Positions 7,341-16,474 of a stretch of 64,000 nucleotides of DNA are shown here, one piece after another. Within the stretch, counting starts at the first letter, position 1. Every line of letters begins with the position of its first letter. This DNA is from Candidatus Woesearchaeota archaeon (GTDB lineage Archaea > Nanobdellota > Nanobdellia > Pacearchaeales > GW2011-AR1). A model generated the notes under the pieces. It made no database searches. It saw nothing but the letters and a program-made list of their open reading frames with translations, and was not told the origin of the DNA. The stretch spans positions 782 to 64,781 of the forward strand of contig CAYTHI010000003.1 in the NCBI GenBank assembly GCA_964437555.1, given 5' to 3'. The translations under genes were made by a program, and so were the position numbers.

Positions 7341-8531
7341 ATTCTTAATTATATCTGCTTTTTTGAAATCTTTGAGGTCGTCGTATGACTGACCTGTGCC
7401 GAGATAGAAAATTGGCTTGCCTGTGACTTGTGATACTGACAAGGCGGCTCCGCCTTTTTCATCAACATCTGTTTTTGTAAGAATAATGCCGTCAATTCCA
7501 ACTGCTTCATTGAATGTTTTTGCCTGCTCAACAGCATCATTGCCTGTTATTGATTCTGCGACGAAGATTTTTAGGTCTGGCTTTGTGACGCGGATTATCT
7601 TTTCCATTTCTCTTATTAGGTTTTCTTTTGTGTACATCCTGCCTGCTGTGTCTATTAATACGCAGTTTATTTTATGCTTTTCAGCGTATGCTTTTGCATC
7701 AAATGCAACTGCCGCAGGGTCGCTTCCGTAATTGTGCGCTATAACTGGAGTATTTAATCTTTCTCCATGAATTTTTAATTGCTCAATTGAAGCTGCCCTG
7801 AAAGTATCGCCTGCTGCTAAAACGCAGGATATTCCTTGTTTTTTTAGCTTATGTGCGAGTTTTGCTATTGATGTTGTTTTTCCGCTTCCGTTGATGCCGA
7901 AGAAAATTATTGTGTAAATATCGCCTATGGATTTTTTCTTTTCTATTATTTCTATAAGGTTTGGGGGTTCTATTAATACCGATGAAATAGAATTTTTCAG
8001 GGATTGCAGGATTGTTTGCTCTATTTTGTCTTTTTTTACTTCTATTCCTATTAAATCCTTTTCCAGATTAGCTTTTATTTTATCAACGACTTCAAGGGCG
8101 ATGTTGTTTTCTAACAAGATTAACTCTAATGGCCGGAAGATTTCTTCTACATTTTCCTGCTTTAATGTAGTTGTTCCGAATTTTCCTGCTATTTTTGAGA
8201 AGAAAGATTTTTTTTCTTCTGTTATTTTTTCTTTAGATTCTGCTGCTTTATCTTCTTCTATTTTTTCCTCTGCTTCTTCTTTCTTTCCGAAGAGCTTTGA
8301 GAAAAATGATTGTTTGGCTTCTTCTTTTTCTTCTGCTAATTCTGGCGCTTGCTGTATTACTTGTATTTGCTCTGCCCTTTGCTTTTGAGCTTTAGCCGGC
8401 TCTATTATTTCTTTCTTCTTCAGCTTTTCCTTGGCTTGCTTTTTAGGCTTTTTTTCCTTCTTCTTCTCTTTTATTTTTTCATCAGGCGTGCCAAGCCAGG
8501 ATTTAAGCCTGTTTTTTTTTTTTTTTAACAT
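7329..8531 (-). CDS. ftsY: signal recognition particle receptor FtsY
   Basis: FFGINGSGKTTSIAKLA, DTAGR, GxTKxD in NG domain. K/E-rich N-terminal region. Codons 3-7 (KKKKN) are encoded by an A15 homopolymer. Confidence 0.95.
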   Translation of the reverse strand: MLKKKKNRLKSWLGTPDEKIKEKKKEKKPKKQAKEKLKKKEIIEPAKAQKQRAEQIQVIQQAPELAEEKEEAKQSFFSKLFGKKEEAEEKIEEDKAAESKEKITEEKKSFFSKIAGKFGTTTLKQENVEEIFRPLELILLENNIALEVVDKIKANLEKDLIGIEVKKDKIEQTILQSLKNSISSVLIEPPNLIEIIEKKKSIGDIYTIIFFGINGSGKTTSIAKLAHKLKKQGISCVLAAGDTFRAASIEQLKIHGERLNTPVIAHNYGSDPAAVAFDAKAYAEKHKINCVLIDTAGRMYTKENLIREMEKIIRVTKPDLKIFVAESITGNDAVEQAKTFNEAVGIDGIILTKTDVDEKGGAALSVSQVTGKPIFYLGTGQSYDDLKDFKKADIIKNLGL

Positions 8532-8647
8532 GAAAATTTTAGGAGAAAAGAGGTTTTAAAGCTGAGGGTTTGGGATTTTCGTCATTTTATAGTATTTATG
8601 CTTTGAAGATTGATAATTCTTATAAGCTCTGCTGAATTACTGACGGG

Positions 8648-9898
8648 ATGAAAGGGGTGTTTGTTATTGTTGATGGAGTTTCTGATGAAGCATGCAGTGT
8701 TTTGAATGGTAAGACGCCTTTGGAAGCTGCTGATACTCCCAATTTAGATTATTTTGCAGGCAAAAGCAAAATGGGGCATTGCTATCCTATTGGAGAAGGT
8801 ATTGCTCCTGAATCTTCAAGTGCTGTTGTTTCTTTATTTGGATATGATTACAGATATGCTCCCAGAGGACCTTTAGAGGCTGTTGGAGGAGGAATAAAAA
8901 TGGCAAAAGGAGATTTGGCTTTAAGATGCAATTTTGCAACTGTTGATGATTCTAACTGGAATATTCTAGACCCGAGAGCAGGAAGAACATTAACAACAAA
9001 GGAAGCAAGGAAACTTGCAGAAGCTATTAATGAGAAGGTTAAACTGCCTTTTAAGTTTGAGCTCTATCCAATGTCGCAGCATAGAGCAGTATTGGTGTTT
9101 AGAGGAGGGTTTTCTGATAATATAAGCAATGCAAATCCTTTTTACGGAGAAGGATTTTCTAGAATTCCTAGTAATTATAAAATGATCTGGGCGAAGCCGT
9201 TGGATGACGAGGATGATTCTAAGCTGTCCGCTGATTTAGTCAATCAATTCATAAGAAAAAGCAACGAGATTTTGGACAAACATCCTATCAATGTGTATAG
9301 AGCAAGAAAAGGGCTTTATTCAGCTAATTTTATTCTTTGCAGGGATGCTGGCAATTCTCCTGTTAAACTAAAGAAATTGCCTGGGAATTGGATGGCGCTT
9401 TCTTATATGCCTTTGGAGACAGGAATAGCAATGGCCGCCAAGATGGATTTGTATAAGTTCAGATATCCTAAAATAATGGGAATAGATGTGTATGACAATC
9501 TTTATTCAGGATTGAAGAAAGCAATGAGGAAGGCAATAAGAATGCTAAAAAGGAATTGGAATAAAGAGGATTATTTTTATATTCACATAAAAGAGACTGA
9601 TATTCCAGGGCACGATAATAAGCCGGATGATAAAGTCAAGATGATTGAAATGCTTGACAAGAAGCTGTTTTATTTCTTAAGAAAATTTATTGAGAAGCAT
9701 GATGCAAAGCTTTTAGTTACAGCAGACCATACAACTTCGTGCAGGCTGAAAGCGCACTCGGACAAGCCGGTGCCTGTGTTGTTTTATTCTAAGGATTTTG
9801 AGGCAGAGCCAGGAAAAAGATTTAGCGAGAAGTACGGATTGGAAGGAAGAAAGATTATGGCAAAAAAGCTTTTACAGCAGACACTTTTTCAAAGATAA
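8648..9898 (+). CDS. apgM: archaeal-type 2,3-bisphosphoglycerate-independent phosphoglycerate mutase (ApgM family)
   Basis: 416 aa, N-terminus MKGVFVIVDGVSDE typical of the ApgM/phosphopentomutase-like metalloenzyme family. Confidence 0.8.
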   Translation: MKGVFVIVDGVSDEACSVLNGKTPLEAADTPNLDYFAGKSKMGHCYPIGEGIAPESSSAVVSLFGYDYRYAPRGPLEAVGGGIKMAKGDLALRCNFATVDDSNWNILDPRAGRTLTTKEARKLAEAINEKVKLPFKFELYPMSQHRAVLVFRGGFSDNISNANPFYGEGFSRIPSNYKMIWAKPLDDEDDSKLSADLVNQFIRKSNEILDKHPINVYRARKGLYSANFILCRDAGNSPVKLKKLPGNWMALSYMPLETGIAMAAKMDLYKFRYPKIMGIDVYDNLYSGLKKAMRKAIRMLKRNWNKEDYFYIHIKETDIPGHDNKPDDKVKMIEMLDKKLFYFLRKFIEKHDAKLLVTADHTTSCRLKAHSDKPVPVLFYSKDFEAEPGKRFSEKYGLEGRKIMAKKLLQQTLFQR

Positions 9899-9931
9899 AG
9901 AGAATTCTGAAAAACAGGTGTTCTAATTGAA

Positions 9932-10648
9932 TTATTTGCTTTTAGCAATTCCCCATAATAAATTAAAATAAGTCTTGAAAGTATCAGCAAATTCTTTATC
10001 AATTATTTCAATTACTTGAATATCTTTTTTCTTTGTGAAGAAATAGAGTTTATTGTCAAAAACAATATATGCCACACCAAGGTTAATGTTTTCCGGTATA
10101 TATTTAATTTCTTGAGGAATAAATTCTCTCTTTTTATGAATCTTTCTATAATCATCAGTTTGTATCATTTTCCAATTTAAAGAGTTCAGCTGATGAATAA
10201 ATTGATTTTTCGATTCCCCCATTTGTTCTAATAGATAACCTCCTCTTCCCATAAAGAGTATTTCTGATTTTGAGTTAAGAGCGTTATTTATAAGCAGGCG
10301 TATTGCTCTTATTCCATATAAAATATTGACCTCCTGGTATCCCCGATGTAATTTATTTGTCTCTTTTTTAAAAACTGCGATTCCTTTCCTGAGATTCTCT
10401 ACCTTACCACTAAATTCTTCAACAATTAGTTCAGGGTTTATTGCAGAGAATATTTCTTTTCCTTGTACTTTCTTTCGAGAAATATATCCCTTATGAAATA
10501 GGGAGTTTATTACATCATATACTGTTCTTCTATCTATGTTTAGAAGTAATGCTATTTTCGGCGCTGAAAGTTCTTTTTCTCTTGCCAAAATCATATATAT
10601 TTGTGCTTCTTTTTCTGTAAATCCTAAGTCTTGCATTTCTTTAATCAT
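9932..10648 (-). CDS. TrmB-family transcriptional regulator
   Basis: N-terminal HTH: LGFTEKEAQIYMILAREKELSAPKIALLLNIDRRTVYDVINSLFHKGYI. Confidence 0.7.
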   Translation of the reverse strand: MIKEMQDLGFTEKEAQIYMILAREKELSAPKIALLLNIDRRTVYDVINSLFHKGYISRKKVQGKEIFSAINPELIVEEFSGKVENLRKGIAVFKKETNKLHRGYQEVNILYGIRAIRLLINNALNSKSEILFMGRGGYLLEQMGESKNQFIHQLNSLNWKMIQTDDYRKIHKKREFIPQEIKYIPENINLGVAYIVFDNKLYFFTKKKDIQVIEIIDKEFADTFKTYFNLLWGIAKSK

Positions 10649-10702
10649 GTGGTGATTTATTCACCACTTATATTTAAATCTTGTCCCGCTTGAGGTTTTT
10701 TC

Positions 10703-11368
10703 ATGGAGTTAAGCAGTTATGATATTTATGACAAGGCAGTAGCAGACTTCTACGGCAGGGTAATTAGAGCAGGATATCACACTCAAAATAGATATTTAGA
10801 TCAGCTATTATGCATTATACCAGAAGGGAGTTCGGTGTTAGAGTTGGGTTGCGGAACAGGAGAGCTTCTTAAACCATTAGCAAGGAAAGGAAGAAGGGTA
10901 GAAGGAGTCGATAAGTCACATGATATGCTTGTTAACCTTTATGAAGAATATCCTACGGCAGTTATACATCCTGTCGATATAAGGACATTTGATTCAAGTT
11001 TGATATATGACTATATTTTTTCATGTAACGGAGTTTTTTCTATAAAAGAAGATGAGCTAGAGTCATACTTGCTGGATGAAAATGAATTAGTAGATTGCCT
11101 TAGAAAATTCTCTAGAATGAGCAAGAATGGCCTTATTGTAAACAAAGGAAAAGATAAAGATGGTCTGAGGCTGCCTCTAAACGGAGGAGAATTTGTGCAC
11201 AGAGAATTCAGAGAGAAAGACATAGCAGTGATGATTCATCTTGGATTTTCTCAAGGCAGATTTATTGTAGAAAGAACACATGTAAAAAGAAGATATTCTC
11301 TGGAGAAAATTGTGGGCAAGAGTAACTTAAAGAGGTTAACAGAGGACTTTTCTTCAATAACTTTTTAA
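10703..11368 (+). CDS. class I SAM-dependent methyltransferase
   Basis: Motif I VLELGCGTGELL followed by an acidic residue after beta-2 (VEGVDKS). Confidence 0.75.
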   Translation: MELSSYDIYDKAVADFYGRVIRAGYHTQNRYLDQLLCIIPEGSSVLELGCGTGELLKPLARKGRRVEGVDKSHDMLVNLYEEYPTAVIHPVDIRTFDSSLIYDYIFSCNGVFSIKEDELESYLLDENELVDCLRKFSRMSKNGLIVNKGKDKDGLRLPLNGGEFVHREFREKDIAVMIHLGFSQGRFIVERTHVKRRYSLEKIVGKSNLKRLTEDFSSITF

Positions 11369-11699
11369 CTTTTTCCTTTTAAAGAATCCTAGATGGGGAA
11401 TAGCCGACGTTTATTTTACAGTTCCAATTGTCCATAATTTTATAAACCTTGTAACTTGCCTTAGATAATGGGATATGGATTTAGCAGGATTGGGCAGTAT
11501 ATTTGGGAAGGAATTCAGGCAGGGATGGAGATTGTTTCTTTTCTTGCTTTGGTCAGCTATGATGCTTTGATAAGGCAGTTTAAGCATGATAAAGCAGATA
11601 ATGATTTAAGAGAGCCTTCCAGAAAAAGGCTGACTTCTTTTTTTGACCCATAGCAATAAGCATAATAATTATTATAAAGCTCTGACTTTGATAGTTTTC

Positions 11700-12257
11700 A
11701 TGGTAACGTATGATGAGCTTTATGAGCTTTTAAGAAAGGAAAAATATTCTGAACAGCTCCAACTTCTTCCCAAGGATTTTTTAGAGAGCGTCAAGGAATA
11801 TTTTGACAGCCAGAAAAAGCTTATTTCTTTTGGAGATGATTTATTTTCTGATTCTTCCTTAAAGGAGAAAAAGCAGTATGAAAATTCTAAATCTATATTC
11901 AATGAGCTTATTCTGCGAAGAAAGAAAAAAATTCTTTCTCTTGTCTTTGTTGCTGCTGAAACAGGAGTAATGAAAAGAGACCTGAGCAATATGTTTTCTT
12001 TTGAGCAGGAATTGTTTGAGTATTTAGTAAGGGCTGTTGAAGAAAGCGGGATTAAACTGAAAAATTTAATGAACGGGATTAGTGATAAAAAAGCTTTTAA
12101 GGAAAAAATGATTGTTTTCAATGAGGATGTTGACGAGATGATAGATATGAGGGGAAGTATAATAGGTCCTTTCAGGAAGGGGACGCTTGCGAATATTGAT
12201 TCTGATGTTGCAGATATGCTTGTTTCTGACAGCAAGGCAAGTCTTGTGGATGCTTAA
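11700..12257 (+). CDS. putative GINS complex subunit (Gins51/Gins15-like)
   Basis: N-terminal YDELYELLRKEKYSEQLQLLPKDFLESVKEY resembles the GINS51 A-domain start. TATA-like ATTATAAAG sits about 25 bp upstream of ATG 11700. Weak call. Confidence 0.4.
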   Translation: MVTYDELYELLRKEKYSEQLQLLPKDFLESVKEYFDSQKKLISFGDDLFSDSSLKEKKQYENSKSIFNELILRRKKKILSLVFVAAETGVMKRDLSNMFSFEQELFEYLVRAVEESGIKLKNLMNGISDKKAFKEKMIVFNEDVDEMIDMRGSIIGPFRKGTLANIDSDVADMLVSDSKASLVDA

Positions 12258-12516
12258 TTTCAGGAAGGCTCGCAGTGGTTGAGTGCCTAGAATTAGCAAG
12301 CCCTCCTGAATATGGCTAACATTGACCTGGTGGTTTATCCCGTTTTAGTGGGAGTATGAGCCGCACATTGAATGTGCGGCGCGGTGCTTTTTCTGGCTTC
12401 ATTTTTTCCTCCATTTTTATTAACAGGATAAGACAATTCTTTTATTAATGGGTTGTTAAAGAAAAATCAAGAAAGCTCTTTCATAAGATTTAAAAGGGAA
12501 GCGGCTTACTTTTGGT

Positions 12517-13191
12517 ATGGTTAACTTCTATCTGGTTCCTTCATGGTTCTTCGGTTTTGGCACTATTTTGGAATTGATTTTTGGGATTATAACTTTGGCT
12601 GTTTCTCTTTATTCTTTTAAAGTGTATAAATATTCTCAATTAAGAGAGCCAAAGATTTTCGGATGGTCTTTTTTGGCTTTATCCTTGTCTTATTTTATAT
12701 GGGCTGCGGTAAGCGGATATGCAGGATTTCTTGCTCAGAAATCTGTTGATAATGTCTTTAATATTGCCGGTTTTACGCCAATTATTGTTCTTGGAATTTA
12801 TGCGCATATAATATTCTTTGTTCTCGGGCTTGTTACCCTGGCATATCTTACTTTTGGCATTAGAAGCCAGAGAGTTTATACTCTTTTAGCAAGCCTGAGT
12901 CTGATATCAGTATTGTTCAGCCAGACCAAGAGTATTTCTTTTTACTTCGTCTCATCTTTATTGCTGCTTTATGTTCTGTCTTTTTATGCTATTAATAAAT
13001 GGAAAAACAAGTCTTTCAGCAATTACTTTGTTCTTTTATCTTTTGTATTCTTGTTTGCAGGGACTGTTGACTTTACATTCTCTGCTGTGCGTCATATAAC
13101 TTATGTTGTTGGGCACATCTTTTATTTGATTGGATATGCATTTATTCTTGCTAATTTTATCCTCCTTTTTATGAAGTTGAGGAAAAGATGA
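12517..13191 (+). CDS. polytopic membrane protein (hypothetical)
   Basis: Multiple hydrophobic segments. ATGA overlap with the downstream wHTH gene. Confidence 0.5.
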   Translation: MVNFYLVPSWFFGFGTILELIFGIITLAVSLYSFKVYKYSQLREPKIFGWSFLALSLSYFIWAAVSGYAGFLAQKSVDNVFNIAGFTPIIVLGIYAHIIFFVLGLVTLAYLTFGIRSQRVYTLLASLSLISVLFSQTKSISFYFVSSLLLLYVLSFYAINKWKNKSFSNYFVLLSFVFLFAGTVDFTFSAVRHITYVVGHIFYLIGYAFILANFILLFMKLRKR

Positions 13192-13463
13192 GCAAGAAAA
13201 GAACGAGGCTTGAAGTGATTAAAGATATTCTTAATGTTATAAAAGACAGGAACGGAAGGATAAAGCCCACTCATATTTTGTATAAATCCAATTTGTCTCA
13301 TCATATGATGGAAGAATATCTTAATGAATTGATTTCCAAAGAGTTTATAGTTGAGAAAAAACTTGACAAAAGCAAGACTTATTTTATTACTGAGAAAGGC
13401 ATTAAGTTCTTAGAGAATTACAGAATGATTGCTGATTTTACGGAGAGTTTTGGATTGAATTGA
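13188..13463 (+). CDS. small winged-helix DNA-binding protein
   Basis: 91 aa. LEVIKDILNVIKDRNG...KSKTYFITEKGIKFLENY shows an HTH plus wing pattern. Confidence 0.5.
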   Translation: MSKKRTRLEVIKDILNVIKDRNGRIKPTHILYKSNLSHHMMEEYLNELISKEFIVEKKLDKSKTYFITEKGIKFLENYRMIADFTESFGLN

Positions 13464-13501
13464 TTTGCCTAAGAAGCTAACTGATAATTTGTGGCAAACC
13501 T

Positions 13502-13548
13502 ATCATCCGGATGGGCTTATCATCCTATCATCCGGATGCGGCTTATCA
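13502..13548. repeat. two tandem ~25-bp units atcatccggatg(g/c)ggcttatca, each with a 10-bp palindrome catccggatg
   Basis: Direct reading of 13501-13550. Overlaps the 3-prime end of the minus-strand ORF 13503..13826. Confidence 0.6.
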
Positions 13549-13826
13549 AATACTATCTGCATTCTTCTGCCTGAAAGAGCAGCCCATCTTTCTGCAACTT
13601 CTCTGGCAAATCTTTCTTCTCTTGTATCGTAGCAATGCACTTTGTCATATTTGATATCTATATCAATTATTCTTTTATTGAGTAATTTTGCAGTATAGAA
13701 GGAAATTACTTGGTTTGTTATCTCTAATCTACGAGCAGCTAATCTGTATTCTGCTGCAATTTGTTCTGCAAGCATGTCTTGTTCCTCAATTGTATTTCTC
13801 TCTCTGGTTTTTGCTGTATATGCCAT
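13503..13826 (-). CDS. hypothetical protein
   Basis: 107 aa, R/E-rich, no motif recognized. G+C visibly above local background. Confidence 0.4.
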   Translation of the reverse strand: MAYTAKTRERNTIEEQDMLAEQIAAEYRLAARRLEITNQVISFYTAKLLNKRIIDIDIKYDKVHCYDTREERFAREVAERWAALSGRRMQIVFDKPHPDDRMISPSG

Positions 13827-14092
13827 TGTTGCTTTGTTAAGCCTTAAAAGTTTATTTTATATATCTTTCTCTTTTGATGGCTTTGTTTAACAAGTAGCTT
13901 CTGTTTAAAAAGTCTATTTGACAAAGAGACTAATTATTGATAAGATGATGGTCGCAATAGCAAAAAACAAGTAGCCCATTTTAACGAATTATTGATTAAG
14001 GTTCTATGTCATAACATCTGTGTAGTTATTCAAGAAGTAAACTAATTAGGAGTAAAGGCAGAATTTAAATTAGATGAGACATTAGAAAGATA

Positions 14093-14539
14093 ATGACTGA
14101 CCCTTTCGTTTTACCAAAGGACTTACTACATGAAGTTATTTTAAGAACGATTGAAATAAATAACCTTTCTAACCGAATTATAAGACGTGCTTTTGACTTA
14201 GACTTAAAGTTTGAAGAAGAACCCCCTTATCGTTTTTTGAATGCAAATGAGATAAATAGATTTAATAGTTATTTCTTAGATAACTTGGGTGCAAGTTCAA
14301 GAGCAGAACTTTTGTTGGAAATTGTTGGAGATATTACGAATAAAAAAGAATTAAAGTCTTGCTCAGATTTTAAGAATAAATTAATAGACTTTTATAAGAT
14401 TAGAAACATCTTTGCACATAATTATTACCCAAAAGATTTGAAAGGGGTTACTCGCTTAGAGTCATCAACGCCCCACTGGATAGAACTTAACAAACAACAT
14501 CAAGGGTTATTTGAAGAACTAAAGAAATTCCTTATGTAA
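14093..14539 (+). CDS. putative HEPN/Abi_2 (AbiD/AbiF)-like protein
   Basis: KIRNIFAHNYYP matches the Abi_2 RNxxAHH / HEPN Rx4-6H signature. All-helical composition, 148 aa. Confidence 0.4.
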   Translation: MTDPFVLPKDLLHEVILRTIEINNLSNRIIRRAFDLDLKFEEEPPYRFLNANEINRFNSYFLDNLGASSRAELLLEIVGDITNKKELKSCSDFKNKLIDFYKIRNIFAHNYYPKDLKGVTRLESSTPHWIELNKQHQGLFEELKKFLM

Positions 14540-14605
14540 TTAGTATAAATCTTGTTTAATAAGTCAAGGTAAATTATGACTTTTTAAACAAAGCCTCTTT
14601 TGATT

Positions 14606-14619
14606 AAGCCTCTGGAGGT
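14606..14619 (-). repeat. direct repeat of the tRNA-Thr 3-prime end (CCTCCAGAGGCTT), att-like scar
   Basis: Forward aagcctctggagg at 14606-14618 recurs inside the tRNA 3-prime end (14685-14697). A shorter third copy AGAGGCTTT sits at 14591-14599. Confidence 0.45.
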
Positions 14620-14685
14620 TTATTCGAACTGCGTTCTCATACCTCCATTGGCTAGCAGCTTCGCCTTCGCTCAGTATACTATGAA

Positions 14686-14774
14686 AGCCTCTGGAGGGAA
14701 TTGAACCCCCAACCCTCAGTTTTTTTGCTTTTCTTGGTACAAAACTGATGCTCTAACCATTGAGCTACAGAGGC
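14686..14774 (-). tRNA. tRNA-Thr (anticodon UGU) with ~16-nt anticodon-loop intron
   Basis: Manual fold: acceptor GCCTCTG/CAGAGGC, D arm GCTC-AATGGTTA-GAGC, anticodon stem TCAGT/ACTGA flanking loop TTTGTA plus inserted CCAAGAAAAGCAAAAAA, T arm GGGGG-TTCAATT-CCCTC. Confidence 0.8.
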
Positions 14775-14814
14775 TTGTATTGTGAAAAGAAAATAGTCTT
14801 AAAAATCTATCGGA

Positions 14815-15417
14815 TTATTGCTCTGGAGCGGTTTGCTGTACTTCTTCCTTCAGTTTTTCTTTTAATTCAACTTGTTTTATTACAATAACTCCGCGTATTT
14901 CGCACAAAGCCAAGGGATAAATTTTCTTTAATTTCTGGGACAATGTTTTCTGAAGCTTGTTTGTAGTTATTTCCGCGAATAAGTCTCTTGTGGTTTTCAT
15001 TTTTAAATAGCTTTCAAGGTATTTTCTTGTTGTTTTTCTCAGCTCGTTTCTTACAGCTCTTGAAACTCTTTTTCTTGTTATAAGAAACGGCTTTATTCTC
15101 ACAATTGAGTTTTTGCAGCTTGTTTCAAATGAATCTTCAATATAGTCTATGCCGTTTCTTATAGTCTTTCTTACATATGACTGAAGCAATTGCATGCTTG
15201 CCGGCTCTGCTACCATTTCCTGACCTTGTTTTTCTATTTTCAGCCTTAGCTCAAAGTTTTTTCCTCTCAATACCTTTGTCAAATCTATTTTTACAACTTT
15301 TCCGGGCAGTTCTGATTCGTCCTGAGCGAGAACATGTATTTTTGCTGCGGTAATTGGTGCCTTTATTTCAAAAAATCTTTTTTTTGCTCCTTTCTTTGCT
15401 TTTATTTCTTCTGCCAT
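14815..15417 (-). CDS. rps3ae: 30S ribosomal protein S3Ae (eS1)
   Basis: MAEEIKAKKGAKKRFFEIKAP... 200 aa, typical S3Ae N-terminus and length. Confidence 0.9.
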   Translation of the reverse strand: MAEEIKAKKGAKKRFFEIKAPITAAKIHVLAQDESELPGKVVKIDLTKVLRGKNFELRLKIEKQGQEMVAEPASMQLLQSYVRKTIRNGIDYIEDSFETSCKNSIVRIKPFLITRKRVSRAVRNELRKTTRKYLESYLKMKTTRDLFAEITTNKLQKTLSQKLKKIYPLALCEIRGVIVIKQVELKEKLKEEVQQTAPEQ

Positions 15418-15418
15418 T

Positions 15419-15748
15419 TTACTTTGCTACTTTTTCTCCTATCTCTATTCTTGATGTTCTTATAGATTTTTTAGCATTTTTTGCTTTTTTGCATACTTTG
15501 CATGTGTACATAACTGTCAATCTTTTTGTTGCTTTTGTTTTTCTCTTCCAGTTTTTCACGGCCGGCTTGCTGAATCTTCCCAAGTTACCGAAGCCAGTCC
15601 TGTAATTTCTTTTTTTGGTCCTTAATTGGCCCCATCTTGATAGCGGATGTGCAGAAGAACGTGATTTCTGCTTGGCTACACTTATTAGTTGTGATGTCTG
15701 CTTCTTGCAGTATGGACAATATCTTTTCGTTTCTTTCGGAAGTTTCAT
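15419..15748 (-). CDS. rpl44e: 50S ribosomal protein L44e (eL42)
   Basis: MKLPKETKRYCPYCKKQT...CKVCKK is the zinc-ribbon L44e pattern. Chosen start is the internal Met (track ORF extends to 15802). Confidence 0.85.
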   Translation of the reverse strand: MKLPKETKRYCPYCKKQTSQLISVAKQKSRSSAHPLSRWGQLRTKKRNYRTGFGNLGRFSKPAVKNWKRKTKATKRLTVMYTCKVCKKAKNAKKSIRTSRIEIGEKVAK

Positions 15749-15859
15749 ATTATTTGGGCACAATAAATGTCTGAGACATCTTGTGTTAATTGCGCTCGCC
15801 AAACATCGCCCTAAGGGTGCAAGGGTCTATGCGTTATTTCATTGAGAAAGGTTTGGTTT

Positions 15860-16264
15860 TTAAACGTTTGTTTTCTTTTTTTTTATTAAATTGATATACT
15901 CCTTAACAGTCAATTTTTCTATTTTTTCCGGAATGACAGATTTTAAAGAAACCCATTGATAGCTTTTCTGTGGCCTATTCTCAAAATTTTTTGAAGATAA
16001 AGTATAGAGATAGAAATATTTTTGTTTGGGATATCCCTTATACAAAATTGCTTTTATTTTATTCTTGCCTGTTATATGGGTTGAAGCATGTTTTACACCT
16101 TTACAACCAAAAATCCCCATAATTATTGCCTGCTTTTTCCAGCTGGAAGCATAGATTCCTTTTAGAGAGTTATCTTTGTTTCCTGTCTTATCTGAGGCTT
16201 TTTTTGGAAGCAGACGACCTTTTATTTTTCTTCCACTTCCGTGATATAAGTATTTGGGTTTCAT
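15860..16264 (-). CDS. hypothetical basic protein
   Basis: 134 aa K-rich ORF, no motif recognized. Confidence 0.35.
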   Translation of the reverse strand: MKPKYLYHGSGRKIKGRLLPKKASDKTGNKDNSLKGIYASSWKKQAIIMGIFGCKGVKHASTHITGKNKIKAILYKGYPKQKYFYLYTLSSKNFENRPQKSYQWVSLKSVIPEKIEKLTVKEYINLIKKKKTNV

Positions 16265-16341
16265 TTGTTTTTAAATGAGGACAACCTTAAAAAGCTTTTT
16301 TGCAAAAGAATTAAATAGAGAAATTTTCCTTTGAAGTATAA

Positions 16342-16413
16342 GGCCCTGTAGGCTAATGGTTCAACCGGCTCTTTGACGTGGAGCATTTCGCAGTTCGATT
16401 CTGCGCAGGGCCA
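16342..16413 (+). tRNA. tRNA-Val (anticodon GAC)
   Basis: Manual fold: acceptor GGCCCTG/CAGGGCC, anticodon stem GCTCT/GGAGC with loop TTGACGT, T arm CGCAG-TTCGATT-CTGCG. Confidence 0.85.
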
Positions 16414-16474
16414 TTCGCCATGCTCGTTTTTTGCCTATAGCAAGGGTTAAATACCTAATATTGCAATATATATA

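Noticed and set aside
7349-8388. ORFs antisense to or overlapping ftsY (7349..7540, 7417..7731, 7927..8388)
   Set aside because: Embedded in the motif-supported ftsY ORF. Serine/Phe-rich low-complexity translations typical of antisense frames of K/E-rich genes.
12258-12516. SRP RNA or RNase P RNA in the G+C-rich gap
   Set aside because: I could not find the conserved SRP domain IV (GNAR loop plus AGG/GGAA bulge context) or RNase P P4/CR motifs by eye. Left as an unspecified candidate ncRNA only.
14604-14685. Second tRNA or split-tRNA half downstream of tRNA-Thr
   Set aside because: The segment contains a TTCGAAT-like loop but does not fold into acceptor, D or anticodon arms. It is interpreted as spacer between att-like repeats.
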